A stretch of DNA of 64,000 nucleotides from Callorhinchus milii (Eukaryota), in the NCBI RefSeq assembly GCF_018977255.1, contig NW_024704742.1, positions 60,824,001 to 60,888,000 on the forward strand, in the 5' to 3' direction. Below the pieces are notes generated by a model. That model made no database searches. It was not told the origin of the DNA and saw only the letters and a program-made list of their open reading frames with translations. Below, one piece after another: positions 36,111-49,672 of the stretch; the first letter of the stretch is position 1; the number at the start of each line of letters is the position of its first letter. A program made the translations under genes and the position numbers.

Positions 36111-37379
36111 ATTTAGTAATTGACAAAAGGAGGGTAGTGAATGGTTTTGATGTGAATTTATGAAAGGAATTTGATGCTTATTTGTCCCTTGAGAAAAATA
36201 TTGATTAAAATATGATAAGAATTATATGGTCAAGAGATTCTGGAGGAGTTCCATAAAGCTGACAAGTTGTCGAGAGTGTTTCTGAAGCCAGGGATTATGT
36301 GTAACTCTTTGGAGGATATAATGTTTGTATTGCGACTTATTGCTGGAGGATGCAACACATTAGCTTGTTCTGAGCATTGAATCTAATGCTGATATGAATC
36401 TGTGATCTTGGTGAAGTCTTCGGCTGCTAAAGAAATTATTCAGTCTCGTAAGCCTTGTCGGGAACACAGTTATTGCTCCTCTCATACAAAACAGCTGGCA
36501 GACTCAAGTGTCAGCAACTGTCAGATTCAGACTATCAGTTACAGCAGCACAGCATTGAGTAGTAAGAGCTTGATATGTTACATTGGGAAGAACTTGCTTT
36601 TTAGAGTGAATGAGTTTTAACATTAGCCATTCCCCTCTCACCATCAGATGTCCATCTCCATCAGTCAGACCACAGGAAGGAGATAAGTGAGAATCATTTT
36701 AGACGTTGCTCGCGAAAACTGTAAAAGGGTAAAGATAAGCAACAGGAGGCCCACTTCAAGAATAGTTAAAAGCATTGTTAACTTGAGGGCCATAAAGTCA
36801 GCACTGGATGAGTTGCTAACATCTGTGGGTTTCAAATAGTAGTGTTGAGTCAAAAGTTAATAATAATCGTTGCATTTGATATAGAGCTTTATTACATTGT
36901 TGAAACGTCTCATAGTGCTTCACAAAATATACTGTAAAGTGAATGGACTGTATATTTTGTGGCAAAACTAGCAACCAATTGTGCACAGCAGTGTCCCACA
37001 AACAGTCGTGGATTGAGGTTCCTGCCCATGACTCCATTCAACCATATGTCAAATCTCACACACTTGAACATTCCGAATTTGGAAACGACAATCTTCCTTT
37101 TAAAGCAGATTGAGAAAATCTCTATTGTATGGGTGGAAAGACCTTTACGAATTTGTTATTTTTTCTCTCTGCTGGTGTTCACACAGTAGGGTTGGTATTC
37201 TAGTAATAATAATTAATAATAATCCTTACATTTGGTATATGGCCTTTCACATCAGGAGGATGTCTCAAAGCGCTTTGCAGCATTTTACTGTGAAGTAGAG
37301 TGACTGTGTATTTGTACGCAAACATAGCAGTCCATTTGCACACAGCAGTGTCCTACAAACAACTATGAAGTGAGTGACC

Positions 37380-37735
37380 AAATAGGATGAGATCAACTAA
37401 ACAGGCTGGGGCTCTTCAGTCTTGATAGAAGATATCTCAGAGGGACATCATAGAGGTACATAAAATTTTAAATGGGATGGAAAAAGTAAACCTAGATCAA
37501 TAATGTAGGATGCACCAAGACAGTAGAACAAGAGGAAATAGGTGTAAAGTTGGAAATGGAATTTCAGATCTGACATTTCTTTATCAAGTGGAGCAGGTTG
37601 CTAGGAAGGGTGGTTTGGGCCAAGACATGAGACTTATTTAAAAAATAGATTGATGCAGCTATGGGAGGATGGTAGATTGAGAGTTCTGAAAGGATGAGAT
37701 CAGATGGAGTTAAGATGATTAATAACCTTGGTTCG
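37380..37735 (+). mobile_element. CR1 3' fragment, flanked by minus-strand SINE tails
   Basis: CTGGGGCTCTTCAGTCTTGATAGAAG..AGAGGGACATCATAGAGGTACATAAAATT (LGLFSL..RGDIIEV.KI). Confidence 0.75.
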
Positions 37736-37896
37736 CAAACCCAGCGTAATAATAATAATAATAATCCTTGCATTTGATACAGCGCTTTTCACGTCTTCGA
37801 GGCGTCCCAAAGCGCTTCACAGAATATACTGTAAATGTAGATGACACCAAATGGAGGAGGGGGAAGAACTGTGGAATCAATCAGACACCATATAAT

Positions 37897-38838
37897 GTCA
37901 TTCAGAACTCTGCAATAATAATAATAATAATAATAATCCTTGCATTTGATATAGCGCTTTTCACGTCGGGAGGACGTCCCAAAGCGCTTCACAGAACACA
38001 CTGTAAAGTGAATTGACTGTAAATTTGTGGGCGAACGCGGCAGCCAATTGCGCACAGCAATGTCCCACAAACAGTCGTAGATTGAAAATAACCAATTTAA
38101 TTATTGTTTTTAGTTTTGGAGGGATTATTATTAGGCTCTGTGTGGAGTAAGGAAACTTGCCCAAGGTTTCGCCCTCTGCCTGGAATTGAACTCAGGTCTC
38201 TCACTTGCAAAGCGAGTGCTCTAACCACTGAGCTGCAGGACTCCACTCTGCAACTCTGCAACTCTGCAGCTCGTGTACTGTCCCGCACCAGGCTTCGGGA
38301 CCACATCACTCCCACCCTCGCTCGCCTCCACTGGCTCCCCATCCCCCAGAGGATTGATTTCAAGATCCTCATCCTCACCTATAAGGCCATTCACGGCCTC
38401 GCTCCCTCCTACCTCTCCAACCTACTATCCCCCTACCTACCTGCCCGTACCCTCCGTTCCTCCGGCTCCGGTCTGCTCCACGTCCCTCGCCCCAACCGCC
38501 CTACCATCGGTGGTCGGGCCTTCAGCCTCTCAGCCCCCAGGCTCTGGAACTCTATCCCCCAGTGCCTTCGCCGCTTCCTCCCTCTCCTCCTTCAAGGCCG
38601 GTCTCAAAACCTTTCTCTTTGACCGAGCCTTCAGCTCCCCTCTCGACTCTCTACCCCCTCCTCGCTCCCTCCCTTCCCTCCCCTCACCCTGACCATTTCC
38701 CCCCTCCTTGCTCCCTCCTTTCCCTCCCCTCACCCTGACCATTTCCCCAATGCTCGGGTCCTGACCCAACTGTGCAGCGCCTTGGGACGTCCTCCTGACG
38801 TGAAAGGCGCTTTATAAATGGAATCTTGTTGTTGTTGT
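37897..38838 (+). mobile_element. Young L2 3' fragment, interrupted near its 5' end by a SINE
   Basis: VIQNSA (37897-37914) continues after the SINE as NSAARVLSRTRLRDHITPTLARLHWLPIPQRIDFKIL; (TTG)n tail. Confidence 0.93.
37915..38246 (-). mobile_element. Young tRNA-headed SINE, full length
   Basis: Near-identical to the other copies; flanked by ACTCTGCA. Confidence 0.95.
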
Positions 38839-41800
38839 ATTTACCCAGAGGAAACAGGTTACTAAGAAGGATAGTTGAATTTTAATTTCAATATAATGTA
38901 ATTATTTAAAATGTTTTTTTTAACTGCGTCCAGGACACTGGACTTATTTTAAAAACCTGGTCTTGTGATGGGAGGTGATAGAATGGGAGTTCTTTATCTG
39001 AACCAATCTTGTGATCTTGTGAAATGGATCAAAGGAACCTTCTTCATTTGAATATCTTGTGATTATTTTTGGTCCGCCGAGTGTCTGACACATAGCAATA
39101 CCGTACTTCAGAGTGTCAACCAAATTGCTGAGAGTTCCATGTATGTAGTGATTTTGCGAATGCTGCAACTAATTGAGTTACCAATCACCCATGGAAAATG
39201 TTTCAATATAGAAAATGTGTCCAATTCCCTTTTAAATGTTGCAATGGTCAAAAACTATAGGTGGCAAAGTAATTTGTATCCTAAAACACATCTGCATGAA
39301 AAACATTTCCACTGCTGTCCCACTTCTTCCCAGAATAATGCAACATTTAGTTACCGATATACAACAACTTCCATGTGCCCCCCCATGCGGGGTTGGATCT
39401 CAGAGTGCTTATGTGTATTCTTAATGCATTTTTTTATGGGCTGCAGTAGGCCATCTCTTTTATTGTAGTTTTGTGTTCTGAAACACTGCCTCAGTACTCC
39501 TCTCGTTCCCTCCTTTATGTGCCGCAATTTTAAAAGAAATTAAATGAAGAGGATGAAAAATGGCATTAATGTCTCTGGAGACAAAGGCAGATAAATTCTG
39601 TCTCTGTAAAGCGTGAGAGTGCTGCCTGAGGCTTTTTATAATGAGTATAATTCAAAAATGACAAAGCGCATAACTTTGTAAGAAAATCCTTGTGAACAAT
39701 TTAGCTTGGGAGCTTGTAATTTCAAAGATTTTCTGAAAGATATTTATTTCTTTGTCCTAAAGAGCCTTCTTTCCCATCCAGGAACGGATCTCGCCCTGAT
39801 TGCCAGCATCACTTCAGCTTATTGCACAAGCACACACCAGTAACAGAAACACATTTGTTTCAGTGCCCAGAATGAATCCTCTTAGTGATACATCAATTTG
39901 GAAGTCTATTACCTTTTATGTAAAGCTGTTGTAATATAATAATCCTTGAATTTGATACAGCGCTTTATCACAACATTTCAAAGCATTTCACAGGATTTAA
40001 TGCAGAGTGTCAACTGTGCATTTTGTAGATGAATTCAGACCTCCTTGGGCTGTGCAGAAAGAAGCAGATATTAGAAGCAAACTTCAATGATTTGCAAAAG
40101 AGTAATGACATGTTTAAAAGCTATCAGCTGTGGATGTGAAATTCAAAATGAAGAATAATTGGCGAGCCCTGAGCTATTACCATTGTAAAAGATTGATTGC
40201 ATTTAAACTGTGCACTGTCTCCTCTCCAGTAGTAATTGGAGGATTTATTCCTTCCTGTGCCTCACAAATGCCAAGAACTGGTGGGTCAAGAGCCCAAGAG
40301 CAGTTCTGTATTCAGCTGGCTAAAAACGTGCACAATGCAAGCACAGTATAAGTCTGGTTCAGACTCTTGCTTCTGAGTTAAAAGGTCTGGATTCACTCCC
40401 TGCATTGGGAATTAGAACTCGCATAGTCTAGTCTTGCACTCCAATACAGTGCTGGATGAGATGCCAAACTGGCGTCCCATCTGCTGATTCAGGTGGCCGT
40501 TAAAATTCCATGACATTATTTGAAACGAGAATGGAAACAGTGCCAAGGCCAACAATTCCCTATACATAATACATAAGCAACTGTGAAGAGCTTTTAGACT
40601 TATCAACGACATGATAAGACACTATATCAAATGCAAGTATTGTAAGTTTTAAAAGTCTCATTTCGCTATTAGAAAAGAACTAATAATTCTTGCATTTGAT
40701 ATCGCGCGCTATCAAGTCACTGCCATGTCTCAAAGCACCTCACACAATTTTACTGTAAATGAATGAGCTTCATGGCAAAAGCAATCCTGGAGCATCCTTG
40801 ATTATATTTGGAGAGTTTCACTGCTGCTCAGTGCCTCTCTATGGTTTACTGTAGTTTCTGCACAGCGATATGAATGAGGCCAGTGTGACCCAACAAACCC
40901 AAACACCTGAGTAAAAATACTGCATTATAAAATGTGCGTACAAACAATATATAAAGTGGCTTTGAATGTTGATAGATACAGGTGTGACATCACATACAAC
41001 ATCTTTCACCTCGTATTTTCTATGTCTTCTTCAGTTCCCAAAATGTTTTTAATAGGCAGTTCTTTTCTATGTAACTCAGAGTGAATGTACCACTTAGTGG
41101 AGGCTAATTCAAAGCATCTTATTGAAGGCACTGCACAACTTTATCTGAACCCAGAGTAAATGTTAACGAAGCAGAAATTATTTGAATTGAAGGTAATTAA
41201 ACATTTAAAGAAAGTCAGTGTGGGTCGGTTGCCTTCTGGGGTTCTAAGTTCTAGAGCTTCTTTTTCACACAGGAAAAAGAAGACTGATGGGAAATCATCC
41301 AAGTTATTAAAAGGTGAAAAGGTAAAGTAAAGGGAAGGAAATCTCCCAATCTCCCGGCCAACAATCAAATGGATAAAATTGGTCATTCACTTCATGGCTG
41401 TTTGTGGGACATTGCTGTCTACAAATTGGTTGCCACCTTTGCCTACAAAATACACGGTCATTACACTTCATAGTAAATCCTGGGAAGGGCTTTAAGATGT
41501 TTTCTTGCCATGAAAGGCCTTATATCAAATGCAAGGATAATTATCAGTACTGTAATAGTATTAGTAAGAAAATAGTCCATTTGCCTGAGACCATATGAGA
41601 AGGCATAAGATTTAAATTTTTAAAAAAGTTTGAAATGCAAACAATCTGTTTTTAGCACAAAGTAGTGAAAATGTGAAACAGACTACCAATAAGAGCAGGT
41701 GATGCTGTGTTGATTAACTTCTTTGAAAACAAATTGGATTCAGGACCTGTTTGAGTATAGTAATGGAGGAAATTGGGATAGGTGCAGACTGATGTGTACA

Positions 41801-42339
41801 AATACATCACAGAACATATGTTGGTTGCTGCATAGCCATTGAAAGGAAATGATAAAGATTGATTTACATATTCCAACACTGTAATGTCAATTATCTTTCT
41901 ACAGGAAGAAGGTTGAAATCAAATATCCCTGAAGCCGGGAATGTATTGTGAAATGAGATAGGGTTTGAAGCCCTGTGGAAATAAAAGATTGGACATGCTC
42001 TTTCGTACAGCAGAGGGTATTATTTTTTGTTAGCTATGATTTGTTATGGATATGTTCTGGGAAGAGCTGGCCTATTCTCAACAAAAAGCATGGAGTTCAC
42101 ATTTGATTATGTGAGTCCAACCAAATACAACAATTGATCAGATATTTAATCTCAAAACAGGCCAGTTACTAACAGACAAACAGTGTGTGTCACTTCCCTA
42201 GAATTAAAATCAGGTGCAGAATCTCTGCGTTCTGTTTCATAGTGGAGCAAAGCAAATGCAAGACATATTCATACCTGTTGCTTCAATCTGCTTGTCTTCA
42301 ATCCACATGTTCTTCTCATGCAAGTCTTGATGCTGATTT

Positions 42340-42597
42340 ATAATAATAAATAATAATAATAATCCTTGCATTTGATATAGCACTTTTCACGTCAGGAGGA
42401 CATCCCAAAGCGCTTCACAGAACACGCTGTAAAGTGAATTGACTGTACATTTGTGGGTGAACGCGGCAGCCAATTGCGCACAGCAATGTCCTACAAACAG
42501 TCGTAGATTGAATATGACCAATTTATTATTGTTTTTGGAGGGATTATTATTAGGCGTATGGAGTAAGGAAACTTGCCCAAGGTTTCGCCCTGCCTGG
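42340..42597 (-). mobile_element. Young SINE, 5'-truncated in the tRNA T-arm
   Basis: Similarity ends at GGTTTCGCCCTGCCTGG (42597). Confidence 0.93.
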
Positions 42598-43034
42598 CAA
42601 CTTGCCAGCAGTAGAGTTCCACCGGCATGAAGCAATCTCCAGCATCGGATCCTCCCTGCTGCCCAAGCCATTCTGACCACTCAGCAAACGCCTACCAGCT
42701 TTACATCCCCGCCAGATCCACCTCCCACTATCAGTGGCAGAGCTTTCAGCTATTCTGCTCCTGCTTTCTGATACTCCATCCCTGTAACCCTACACTTGGC
42801 CCCCTCTATCCCGCCTTCAAAACCCACCTTGAGACATATCTTTTTAATGGCACTTTTGGCTACCTTACGAGGAAGACATCAGCATGTTTTTTAAATGGTA
42901 ATGGAAATGTAAGCAAGCTATTTGACTTAAGAGCTTGAGAGGATACATACAGAGTTTGGTCTTAAAATTAAAAAGCCTCAAGCTGGACCCAAAGTTAGAA
43001 GATTTCCTCCACCCCCTCCCCACAGTATATTGCA

Positions 43035-43550
43035 ATCAGCCGGGTGTCTGACACTTGCAGAACCCATCATCATGCTTAAGAGTATCCAAACCACCTATAT
43101 CATGAAATTCCAGAGATGTTTATTGGAAAGGTATGCACACACTCTCCCTGGAGGGACGCACCCTGCTTATCCAATTCAGGAAAGTATTAGCCACAGTTTG
43201 GCAAGTGCCAAGGCTTAGGGACCCCAAAGTGCACGTTGGAGTATTGCTGGAGTCTAACCAACTAAAACCCCATAGCTTGCCATTGAATACACTGCCTGGC
43301 AAGCTTTCCTGCTGCTCGTCCAGCTTGGACCACCCTGCTTGTTGGGGCTTTGGCTTGCAGGATTAACGCGAGCCATTCGTCAGACACTAGTGACTGGTCT
43401 GCCCTTCCAATTCCTGCCAATGCGCCAGGCAGACTGTGTTGTCATCAGTAGTGCCCTGGAATACTGCAGAGTTGCCTGGCTCAAGAACTGGACTACCGAG
43501 ACTGCCACAGAGGGCTGGCTCAATTCTAGCTTTCCATTGGCAAACATGTA
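43035..43550. repeat. Unclassified interspersed repeat, long copy (same orientation as copy 1)
   Basis: CAGCCGGGTGTCTGAC..AACCCATCATCATGCTT..AGTATCCAAACC..CACTGCCTGGCAAGCTTTCCTGCT..GCCTGGCTCAAGAACTGGAC. Confidence 0.88.
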
Positions 43551-45579
43551 TGGATATACATCTGTTTGTCAATAGTATAAGGGTTATAATGATGAGTGCA
43601 GACTGAGATAAGCAAATAGAATCATTGTTTCTGCACTCCCTGTGCTGAGGAGATATTGGAATGTCCATTGAGGGAAGGAGGTTGGATTTGAATAGTTGAA
43701 ACATGGTCATAAATGAATACTCTGGGAAACAATTTTTTTTACCTCCAGAGTTCAGAGACTATCTGTGTAATGGGTCTGGCATGTAGCAGTGACTCTTTAA
43801 AGGAAACTATTTCAATCTGTGTGTGGGATTTGGAGAATTCGAAATCTGAGTGTGTGAGCCTGAAATTGAATGGGCTCCTCACTAAGACCTATGTGGAAAG
43901 GTAACTCTTGGTAAATGTTTATAGCGTATCTTGGCAAGAGTTATCTACTCACATTGAGTGTTCCTTTGTAATGATATTGTATAGCATCAGTTCATGTTAA
44001 TTGCATTACAGGTCAGAAGTGTTATCTGGGTGGTCTTATTATACATAGGGGTAAGTTGACACTAACAATGCCAGTTCATGTTTCACAGCATCAGCAGTCA
44101 AACATCTTTCAACATAAAATCCAATTTTAAACTCCTTTTCAATGTAAATTGCCAATAGAAAAAGATTTACATTACTTATGTCCTGACACTCGTGTTCAAA
44201 TTCCTTCACTCTGTGGCACCTTCCTACCTCTCCCGCCTACTCACTCCCCGATCCACCACCCATTATCTCCGCTTGACTGGCACCAGCCTCCTGCTCATCC
44301 CTCACACCCTCCACCCCACCATCGGAGGTTGTGCTTTCAGCCACTACACCCCAAAACTCTGAAACACTCTCCATATTACAATATTATTATTACAATGTAC
44401 TGCATAATAGCAAATAATAGTTTGATTTCAGATAACTGAATTATTAAATTTGTACTTATTAAATCTCACTCAGAGTAAAATTGTATTGCAGGTTTCATCT
44501 TTTGAAAATATTTACTCTGTGTTCAGGTTACGTGAATATTTGTGGACTTGATTTATTTAACAACAGTTTGATCTTTATATAGCATTTTGGCAGCAAAGTA
44601 AAGAAACTGAAGCAAGGATACTATGTGGTATTGTTTCTGAAATTCTAGTGCGTCGAACAAAATACAGCGTTTCAATTAGTAAAAATAAATTTGAGCAACA
44701 ATAACAACTTGCATTTACATACAAAGAAAACATGAGAAAGTGTTTGCTTAACTTGATAGTGCTCATCAAGCAAGGGAATGAGAGACCTAAAGCTCTTTAT
44801 TGAAGTATTTTTAAATATGGTTGAAGAGATAGGTTTTCACAAGGAATTTGAAGGCAGGCAGAAAAATAGTAAGGTTGGAAGTTCTATTCCATTCACCATT
44901 TTAAACAATGGACAAACTAACTTGTGACTATCTATCTGCGGGCGGGTAAGGGGGTCTTTCTGGCACTGAGCTGACTCCATAGGAATACACATTGTGAGGC
45001 GCAAGTGAAGATGGGTCAATCTTCTGGTTGTGGACTTGGTTGTACCTGAGCCTAACAGTTGTGCACTACTCAAGGGCCTTGTTGATGATCGACCAGGCTG
45101 CCTGGCTCATGAATGGGTCTTGGGAGTAGAAAAGTGATGAGATTCTACTTGGCTGCAGATGGATCTGCAGATCAACACTCCAGCAGACAAGGTGTTCCCA
45201 GCTGGATAAACAGTGCACTTTGGGATCCATAGTGCCTTAGCTTCTGCCAAGCATCGTCAAGCAGAGGGCATCTCCCTGAAGCTGAAACTGCAAACGGCAC
45301 AGTAAGGGAGTTCCAGGCATGGCAGACTGCTGGAAACACAATGGGATCTCTCTAAAAGTTACACATAGTTTAAGTTCTTCCACAATCATTTGTTTCTGCA
45401 TCCTCTCTTGAAAACTGCCATCATCCTTTCCCTCATTGTGTAACATTTCACAAGTCATTTTGGATGAAGTGGTTCACTCAGGACGAAAAGTGACTATTTA
45501 CCCTCAATTTCACTATGAACCTCTTCCAGTCCTATTATTTATTTAAATATAAAATATTATGAATGAAAATATCATAATA

Positions 45580-45715
45580 ATTTCTAGGCAATAATATCTT
45601 GGGATACAGTATATAGTTCGGGACATGACATGTGAATGCGACTGCCAGGATGGTGGAAGGTGAACTGAATTGACCTTGATCTTCTTTCGTTTAGCAATTC
45701 TTATGTTCTTATGAG
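45580..45715 (+). mobile_element. CR1 3'UTR fragment (same subfamily as the 49625-51612 copy)
   Basis: GGGATACAGTA..GGGACATG..TGCGAC..CCAGGA.GGTGGAA..TAGCAATTCTTATGTTCTTATG. Confidence 0.8.
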
Positions 45716-46192
45716 TACCTTAAAACAAATTTGGTTACCCTCCCTTCAGTAACATTGCCTGCAACTGCGTAGCAGTGGCTCTTTATTGTTGTGTAAGTGG
45801 AGTATCAATCATCCCCAAAAGTATGCTGCATAAGCACAAACAGATGTATGGGCATGTGGCTGGATTAGCAGAACTCAAATGTGTGAGTTAAGCTGCTCCA
45901 TAATCCATTTTTAAATGGGAAAAAAGGTCCAATACCAGATTTCGGAACAATGTGAAAATATTGGACAGTTAGGGATGTTATTAATAAATGTCAAACATCT
46001 GACAGAACTTGTCCTCTCTGAAACTAACCAAATAAAACAAAATCCTTAAAAGGCAGAGCAAAAGTTTTCAAGCTGGTTAAATATGTCCCATAGGAATTTA
46101 CACATTAGTCAGTATTTCATGTGATTTTTACAATTTGACAGAAAATCTCTGTGGATTCAGAAAATTTAATAAGGTAAGACGTAGAATCAAGG

Positions 46193-47925
46193 AAGAGAAT
46201 CATAGAATTATACAGCACAGAAAGAGGCCATTCGGCCCATCGTGTGCCGGCTCTTTGAAAAGAGCTATCCAAATCAATCCCACTCCCCCGCTCTCTTCCC
46301 ATAGCCCTGCAAACTTGTCCTCCCCAAATAATTACCTACTTTTCTATTAAACGTTGTTATCAAATCGGCTTCCACCACCCTTTCAGGCAATGCATTCCAG
46401 ATCCGAACAATTTGTTGCGTGAAAATATTTCTCCTCACCTCCTCTCTGTTTCTTTTAACAATTATTTTAAATCAGTGTCCTTGGGTTACCACCCACTCAC
46501 CAGTGGAAACAGTTTCTCCTTGTTCACCCTATTGAATCCCCTCATAATTTTGAAAACTTCTATCAAATCTCCTCTTAATCTCCTCTGCTCCAAGGAAAAT
46601 AATCCTAGCTTCTCTAGCCTCTCCTCATAACTGAAGTCCCTCATTCCTGGTATCATCCTGATAAATTTCCTTTGCACTCTCCAATGCCTTGACATCCTTC
46701 AGCTCCCATTCCTGCCCTTGTTTGAGGCAGTTCTCCATTATGGCCACTACATCATAACCCCATGTAGCAACTTGAGCCTGCAGCTTACCAATCTCATTCG
46801 TCACACTCTGTGCATTTACACACATGCACTCCCAGACCAACTGAATCTTTTCTACCTTTCTCCCCTCTCTAATCCCTCCCTTTTCTGGATTACTCCTTAT
46901 TGCATTGCCATTTGTCTCTCCCAGCCCTCTGTGTAACTTGTTTGTCCTTTCTAATGCTACATCCTGATTCCCTTTGCCCCTCAAAATTAGTTGAAACCCT
47001 TCCCCACAATACTAGTTAACCTCCCTATGAGGACATTGGTCCCATCTCTGTTCAGGGGTAACCCATCCACCTTGTACAGGTCCCACCTGCCCCAGAACTG
47101 ATCCCAATGGTCCAGGAACCTGAAGTCCTCCTTTCTGCACCATTTCTCCATCCATGTATTCATGTGTATGATCCTACTGTTTTGATACTCACTTGCACGA
47201 GATACTGGGAGTAATCCAGAGATCACCACCTTTGAGGTCCTCGTCTTTCACTTTTTCCCTAGCTTCTAATACTCTCCTTTGTAGGATTCAGCCCTTTTTT
47301 TCCCTACGTCATAGATCCCAACATAGACCACAACTTCTGAATGTTTCCCTTCCCCCTGTAGAATGTTCTGCACCCTTTCCGTGATGTCTTCAACCCTGGC
47401 ACCAGGAAGGCAACATACCATGCGAGAGTCACCTCTTTGGTTGAGAAATGCCTGTCTACTCCTTTCACCATTGTGTCCCCAATGACAATTGCATTGACAC
47501 TCTTCCCTGTCCTCCCCCTGTGCATCCATTTGCTTTTGACTCCCCTCCCCAGTGGTGTCATCACCCTGACCAGTATTCAGTTCAGAAAACTAGTTTGTGA
47601 GTGCCACACTATCAGGGGATCTGCACTGCCTGTCCCCTCTTCCTGCCATGCCGGGTGGTCACTTACTCCTCCTTCTGAACACTCTGTGGCTGTGGGGTGA
47701 CCACCTCCTGAAACATTCGATTCATGACTCTTCAGCCTTTTGTATGCTATGTAGTGACACCAGCCTCTCCTGAAGCTCAGAAACTCTCAGTTCAAGCTCG
47801 AGCAGCTGGAGGCACTTGTTACACATGTGACTGTCCAGGGCACACAAAGCATCTTGGAGTTCCCACAAGGCACACATTGTGTATGCAAGCAGTCTCAGCT
47901 TCCCTGCCATATTCCCAGACATGTT
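46193..47925 (-). mobile_element. CR1 with ORF1 (Zn-finger/leucine zipper plus SGNH esterase), ORF2 start and 3' end; most of ORF2 deleted
   Basis: ORF1 remnants MCALWEL..HMCNKCLQLLELELRVSEL, VIGDTMVKGVD, CCLPGARVEDI, VVVYVGIYD, WDLYKVDGLPLNRDG; ORF2 start CVNAQSV..YDVVAIME; C-terminus VQRKFIRMIPG..LEQRRLRGDLIEVFK. Confidence 0.93.
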
Positions 47926-48599
47926 TTATATTATTTTAATATAACTTATATATTTTACAATTATGGATCTCTTTCCCCTTCTGCACTGAATTCCCACTCT
48001 TACCAAATTCCTTAACAGAATTTTCACTCTGTTCCACTTCACTCAGTTCCCTCCTCACACTGCTGGGCTCTCTGCTCAAGATAACTTTTCAAAGTTGAAT
48101 TGGCTGTTCCTCATTCCTCATGCATATGATTGTGACATTCCAGAGCTCAGGAACCATGGCTCAGAAAAGCCGTTGCAGTTGTAAATGTTTGGATAAAAAG
48201 GATTTCCAGTCTGCTCACAATCCTTGTGTTTACTCTATGTGAGGCTGCCTGTCTAGTGCAGAATGGTGTTCAAGCTATTGACTGCTTTGTGCCATATGAA
48301 CAGTGTATGAGATAGATTCAAAGTGGTCAAAACTTCCACAGGACCAATCATAGCTGGTAGAGAAGGAACGTTCATCTCATTGAGTTTGGCCGCATTTAAA
48401 TCCAGGACTTGGAAGTGAAAGTGCAGCTTTATAATGGGACCACCCCAATGCCTGTAAACTTCTAAAAGTGTCACTGAATAGCAATAATCTGTGTTGTTTG
48501 CAAAACTGAAGACGGGTTGGATAAGATGATTGATAGACTTCAAATTTAGCTTTGCCACTTTTCTAAAAGTAAATAATATGTCTGCCCATTCCCTCTTTG

Positions 48600-49065
48600 C
48601 AATATGTAATACCACTAACTTTGTGCAATGATAGCTATTGATCAAGTACAGCACAAAAAAGTAAATGTGCCAAATCTAGGCAATTAAACCTAGGAAGCGA
48701 GAAACAGATATGAGAGTGCGAGTAACAAGCTTCCCCTCAAATATTAAGGGGATAAGCTATAAAGAAAGATGAGGGAATTGCAAGATTTACAGTCCAGAAT
48801 GCAGGCGGTCAGGGAGGAAACTTCATCAAAGTTCATAAGCTATTTAATGATATATAAGAAAATTACAAAACAATACTTCAAAGATAGCCAAGAAAGTAGG
48901 AATAAGCGACAGAAAGGCATATTAGTGAAGTTATTAAACTTAAAACAGATGTCAGAAAACAATTCTTTACTCAAAGGTTTGGAAATGTTTTGAACAATCT
49001 ACCAAGCAAGATAATAAAGACAATGATACTAGGATTATTGGGACTCTAGTTTGTTACCATGATAA
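48600..49065 (+). mobile_element. Highly degenerate CR1 3' fragment
   Basis: AAGGGGATAAGCTATAAAGAAAGATGAGGGAATTG; TTCTTTACTCAAAGG..GAACAATCTACCA. Confidence 0.55.
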
Positions 49066-49672
49066 GAGAATTAATAATAATAATCCTTGCATTTGATATA
49101 GTGTCTTATCATATTTTCAAGATGTCTCAAAGCGCTCACAGAATATACTGTAAATAGAATTGACTGTATACTTTATGGGCGAAATGCAGCAGCCAATTGC
49201 GCGCGTAGAAGATTTTCTTCTTCAGCAACAAGGATGAAATTTATACCTTGTAATATGCTCAGTGCAATTCATGCAGGACAGCAAAACAGGACCAGTGCAA
49301 GACCAGCACCAGAAGATCATTGCTTGGCAAAGTACTTAATTTTTCACACAAGCATAAAAGCTCATTAATGACAGTGTGGGTGGGGGGGTGGGATTTTCCT
49401 GTCCAACATTCAAACAGTAAAATTTAAAACCATGGTTAAATTGCAATATATATTACTACTAAGCAGTTAGCAAATGGTGTCTTAAGTCTTTAAATCATAT
49501 TTTTGTTCTTCAGTGTATTTTTATTTAGTGTTTTGTTTTCATGTAAAGGATTTGTAATGTTAATTGTACCAATGATGAAATTATCAATGTCAATGAGCTA
49601 ACATTAATCAATAGCAAGCCTAAAAAAGATCAATAGCAAGCCAAAATAGTGGGGTAATCCTGCCACTGTACA

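Noticed and set aside
38104..38622. 172-aa ORF, longest in the window
   Set aside because: Chance read-through from an antisense SINE into the L2 ORF2 C-terminus
47266..47564. Host GDSL/SGNH lipase gene
   Set aside because: Frameshifted and embedded in CR1 architecture; it is the retroelement ORF1
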